Shown piece after piece: positions 34,500-36,859 of a DNA stretch of 36,859 bases (within the stretch, counting starts at the first letter, position 1; each line of letters starts with the position of its first letter). This DNA comes from Cyanophora paradoxa CCMP329 (taxonomy: Eukaryota > Plantae > Glaucophyta). The notes beneath the pieces are model-generated. The model searched no databases. It saw only the letters and a program-made list of their open reading frames with translations, and was not told where the DNA came from. The translations under genes were made by a program, and so were the position numbers. Location of the stretch: NCBI GenBank assembly GCA_004431415.1, contig QPMI01000438.1:1-36859 (forward strand), given 5' to 3'.

Positions 34500-36600
34500 T
34501 CATGCTTACTTTAAATTCACGCGGGCGTGTTGCAGCTCAGACCCGGTCCTTTTCCACTTGCTCCGTTTGTTCGATATGTTCGCCTCCATCCATATATGCA
34601 TTTAAAGGTCCGCATCCTTCGCCGCATCGACACTACGGGGTGGGCTTTGGTTTTCCCTGGTCATTGGTTTTACTATCCTGGTTGTAACTCGGCGCGCGAT
34701 TTCAGTTCAAGCTGAAAATGTGCGCGCGAGTTCTCGAGTCGAAGCAGACAATGGCGATCCATCAGTGCTTCGAGCTAAGGTGTGACCGTGTGATGCGGGC
34801 GAATGTTAGTAAAATCTGCCCGCAGCTGAAACATTACAGGTGCAGACAATGTTAAAGGAATCTGATCTCGCAGCATGGAATATCGACGCACTTGTTATCA
34901 GGTCTGTGAACGAAGAAATTCGTCGACAAACGAAAAAGATAGATGATGTTCGGAAATTCAGGTCGGCGTATTCGCACAGCAGGCTGATTGTTCAATTCGA
35001 CTCTTGGGTGGGAACGACAGAACCTTTCACCAGTTGTTGCAAACAGAATGTCAAGATAAACAGGTGCAGTTCAAATGCGGCAGAACATGGCAATGCCGAA
35101 TATCGAGATGGTGATTGCGTTCCCGATAACAGGCAGATGCAGGCCAACACCTGCGCCCGTTGTAGCCTCTAGTGCTCACCTTGCGTATACAAGCATGCGT
35201 ATACAAGACCCGACAGTGAAGCAGACATCACTTGCCGTCATGTATTTTTAAAAAACACTGATCAGACAATTGCCCTACAATTGCAATTGCATACTACAAT
35301 GGAAAACTACTGAACTCAAAATAAATTGTCATGACATCGTACGCATCAAGCGCCTGATCATGAATGCTCATCGATGTGCTAGCTGGCTAGGCTGCCTTTT
35401 TCGGGGGTACTCTGTTCCATTTTTGAACCTTGACGTCCGAGCTTACAGGGCGAGCAGACCGGCATGCCAACGTGCACGCCAAGACCATGCAAGGAGCGTT
35501 CGACTTGGGAGATGTTCAGTGCAAGCTTTTCACTACATGCTTATCGGAAAGCTGAAGTGCATGCGTTACATGCAATCATCACAGCGCTTGCAATGACTGA
35601 TACAGTGCTTGCGTCGGATTCAGCAATCCGCCGTGGGCAAACCCACTTCCTACATCAAAACTCAATTACTTCGATCGTACGATACATGTAGTGGCACAGG
35701 AGTGTACCCGCCGAGTCCAACGTTTCGTGGTTCCAGGAGCAGTGGCTCTTGATTCGCTGTGGACATGTGTCATAAGCATTCGACCGCAGATGTATTCGGA
35801 GCAAGGCAGTGTCCGAATTTCCGGAAATGTCACCTTCTGCTTCAAAGATCCCGACTCCGACAAGTACACTTGGAGGGCAATGCAGGGTAAAGCTTATGTC
35901 GCGTTTTGTTACTTGAGGGAATATATTGACGGCGCAGCTGGATGAAAACACAACAAGAATGGGAAAACAGTCTTTGGAAATCGAAGTCCCAGGCTATACT
36001 AGTTCAGATCGCCCAAATCCGGCACCCCGGCAACTTTGTATACGATGCGAAAGATCAGACGTACGAACTGGCAATCATCGTGAAAACAAGTGCGTGAACA
36101 AACGAGATCTGAGCATGGCCACGGCCGCGGGCATCAGATCGTATCAACTCATGACATCAGATCTGCGCAAATCTTGCGTCGAAAATCTACATCAGAGGAT
36201 AAAAAATGGATCGCGTTAACAGTATGTTTCTGCCTGAACTTTCCGCTCAGCTTCTGTTGAATGCGCGCTTCACGCAGGCGATGGCCGATGCACTCGTAGG
36301 TTCCGAGAATTTGAAGCACTCAACGATTTCGACTTCAATGAATCGGAGTCCATCGCGCCTGCATCGCTTGCTTATTCAACTGTGCAACTGCATTCCAAGC
36401 AAATTCGATCAACGCCACAGGCATCCGTTTCCAGAACTCTGCTACCGGCGAGCAGGTCGTCGAAAGCTTCATTTGTACTGTCGCTTTCGAATTCATGGGG
36501 CTCACTTCAGTTGCTCTGCAGTTAACGCTCTCAAAAATGTCTGGACAGTATATTTTTAGCGCAAGCCAAGATCATGAACACGCTGTCAAACGACAGCGCA
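34500..36600 (+). CDS. Hypothetical multi-exon protein
   Basis: Series of plus-strand open segments with splice-like boundaries (for example cattacag|gtgcagaca at about 34840 and cagg|gtaaag at about 35887). No domain recognised. Confidence 0.35.
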
Positions 36601-36859
36601 CCGGTGCTACGAAATCGAAACCACAGATAGAGGAAGAACAGAATATCGACAGCAATGAATAAATCTCATTAGACGCTTTGTACCCGTGGTCGGCCCTGTA
36701 CCCCGGCCGTGTGCATTGGGCGCCCGATGTTATGATGATCATGATCGGTCCAGAGAGAAGTTCGAATTCGATGCTCGATAGAGAATTACTTCAGTTGGAT
36801 CATATGGCTGCAGCATCAGGCGCGAGTTTGTTTCGGCTTCAACGCGAGATGGAGCAAAC

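Noticed and set aside
7528-36705. TGTACCC upstream of some start codons (7529, 28181, 28203) as a shared promoter motif
   Set aside because: Only about seven plus-strand occurrences, several not upstream of genes; too close to chance.

Overview
Eukaryotic (alga/protist-like) genomic DNA with short (about 45-95 nt) spliceosomal introns, so the ORF track only shows gene fragments. Two moderate-GC flanks (about 1-10.6 kb and 21.9-36.9 kb) hold multi-exon genes: an ADD/PHD-like Cys8-finger protein, four divergent F-box/LRR-like genes, a divergent class-III PLP aminotransferase-like gene and several orphans. Between them is a very GC-rich gene encoding the C-terminal WD40 propeller of TOPLESS/TPR, with a SUMO-motif-rich N-terminus in place of the TPD. 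This gene is split by a precisely bounded 6,910-bp foldback-like DNA transposon (12587-19496) with no recognisable transposase. The element has perfect 33-bp TIRs, a 7-bp TSD (GTACCAG), 41-bp subterminal arrays, inverted GC-rich arms and a central array of about 697 bp x 3.6. The window also carries a recurring mutational signature: 6-nt insertions that turn a trinucleotide X into X-revcomp(X)-X. It is visible against unmutated sibling repeats at four sites and appears as strongly over-represented 9-mers elsewhere. All homology calls are from motif recognition by eye, not database searches. Gene ends are approximate.
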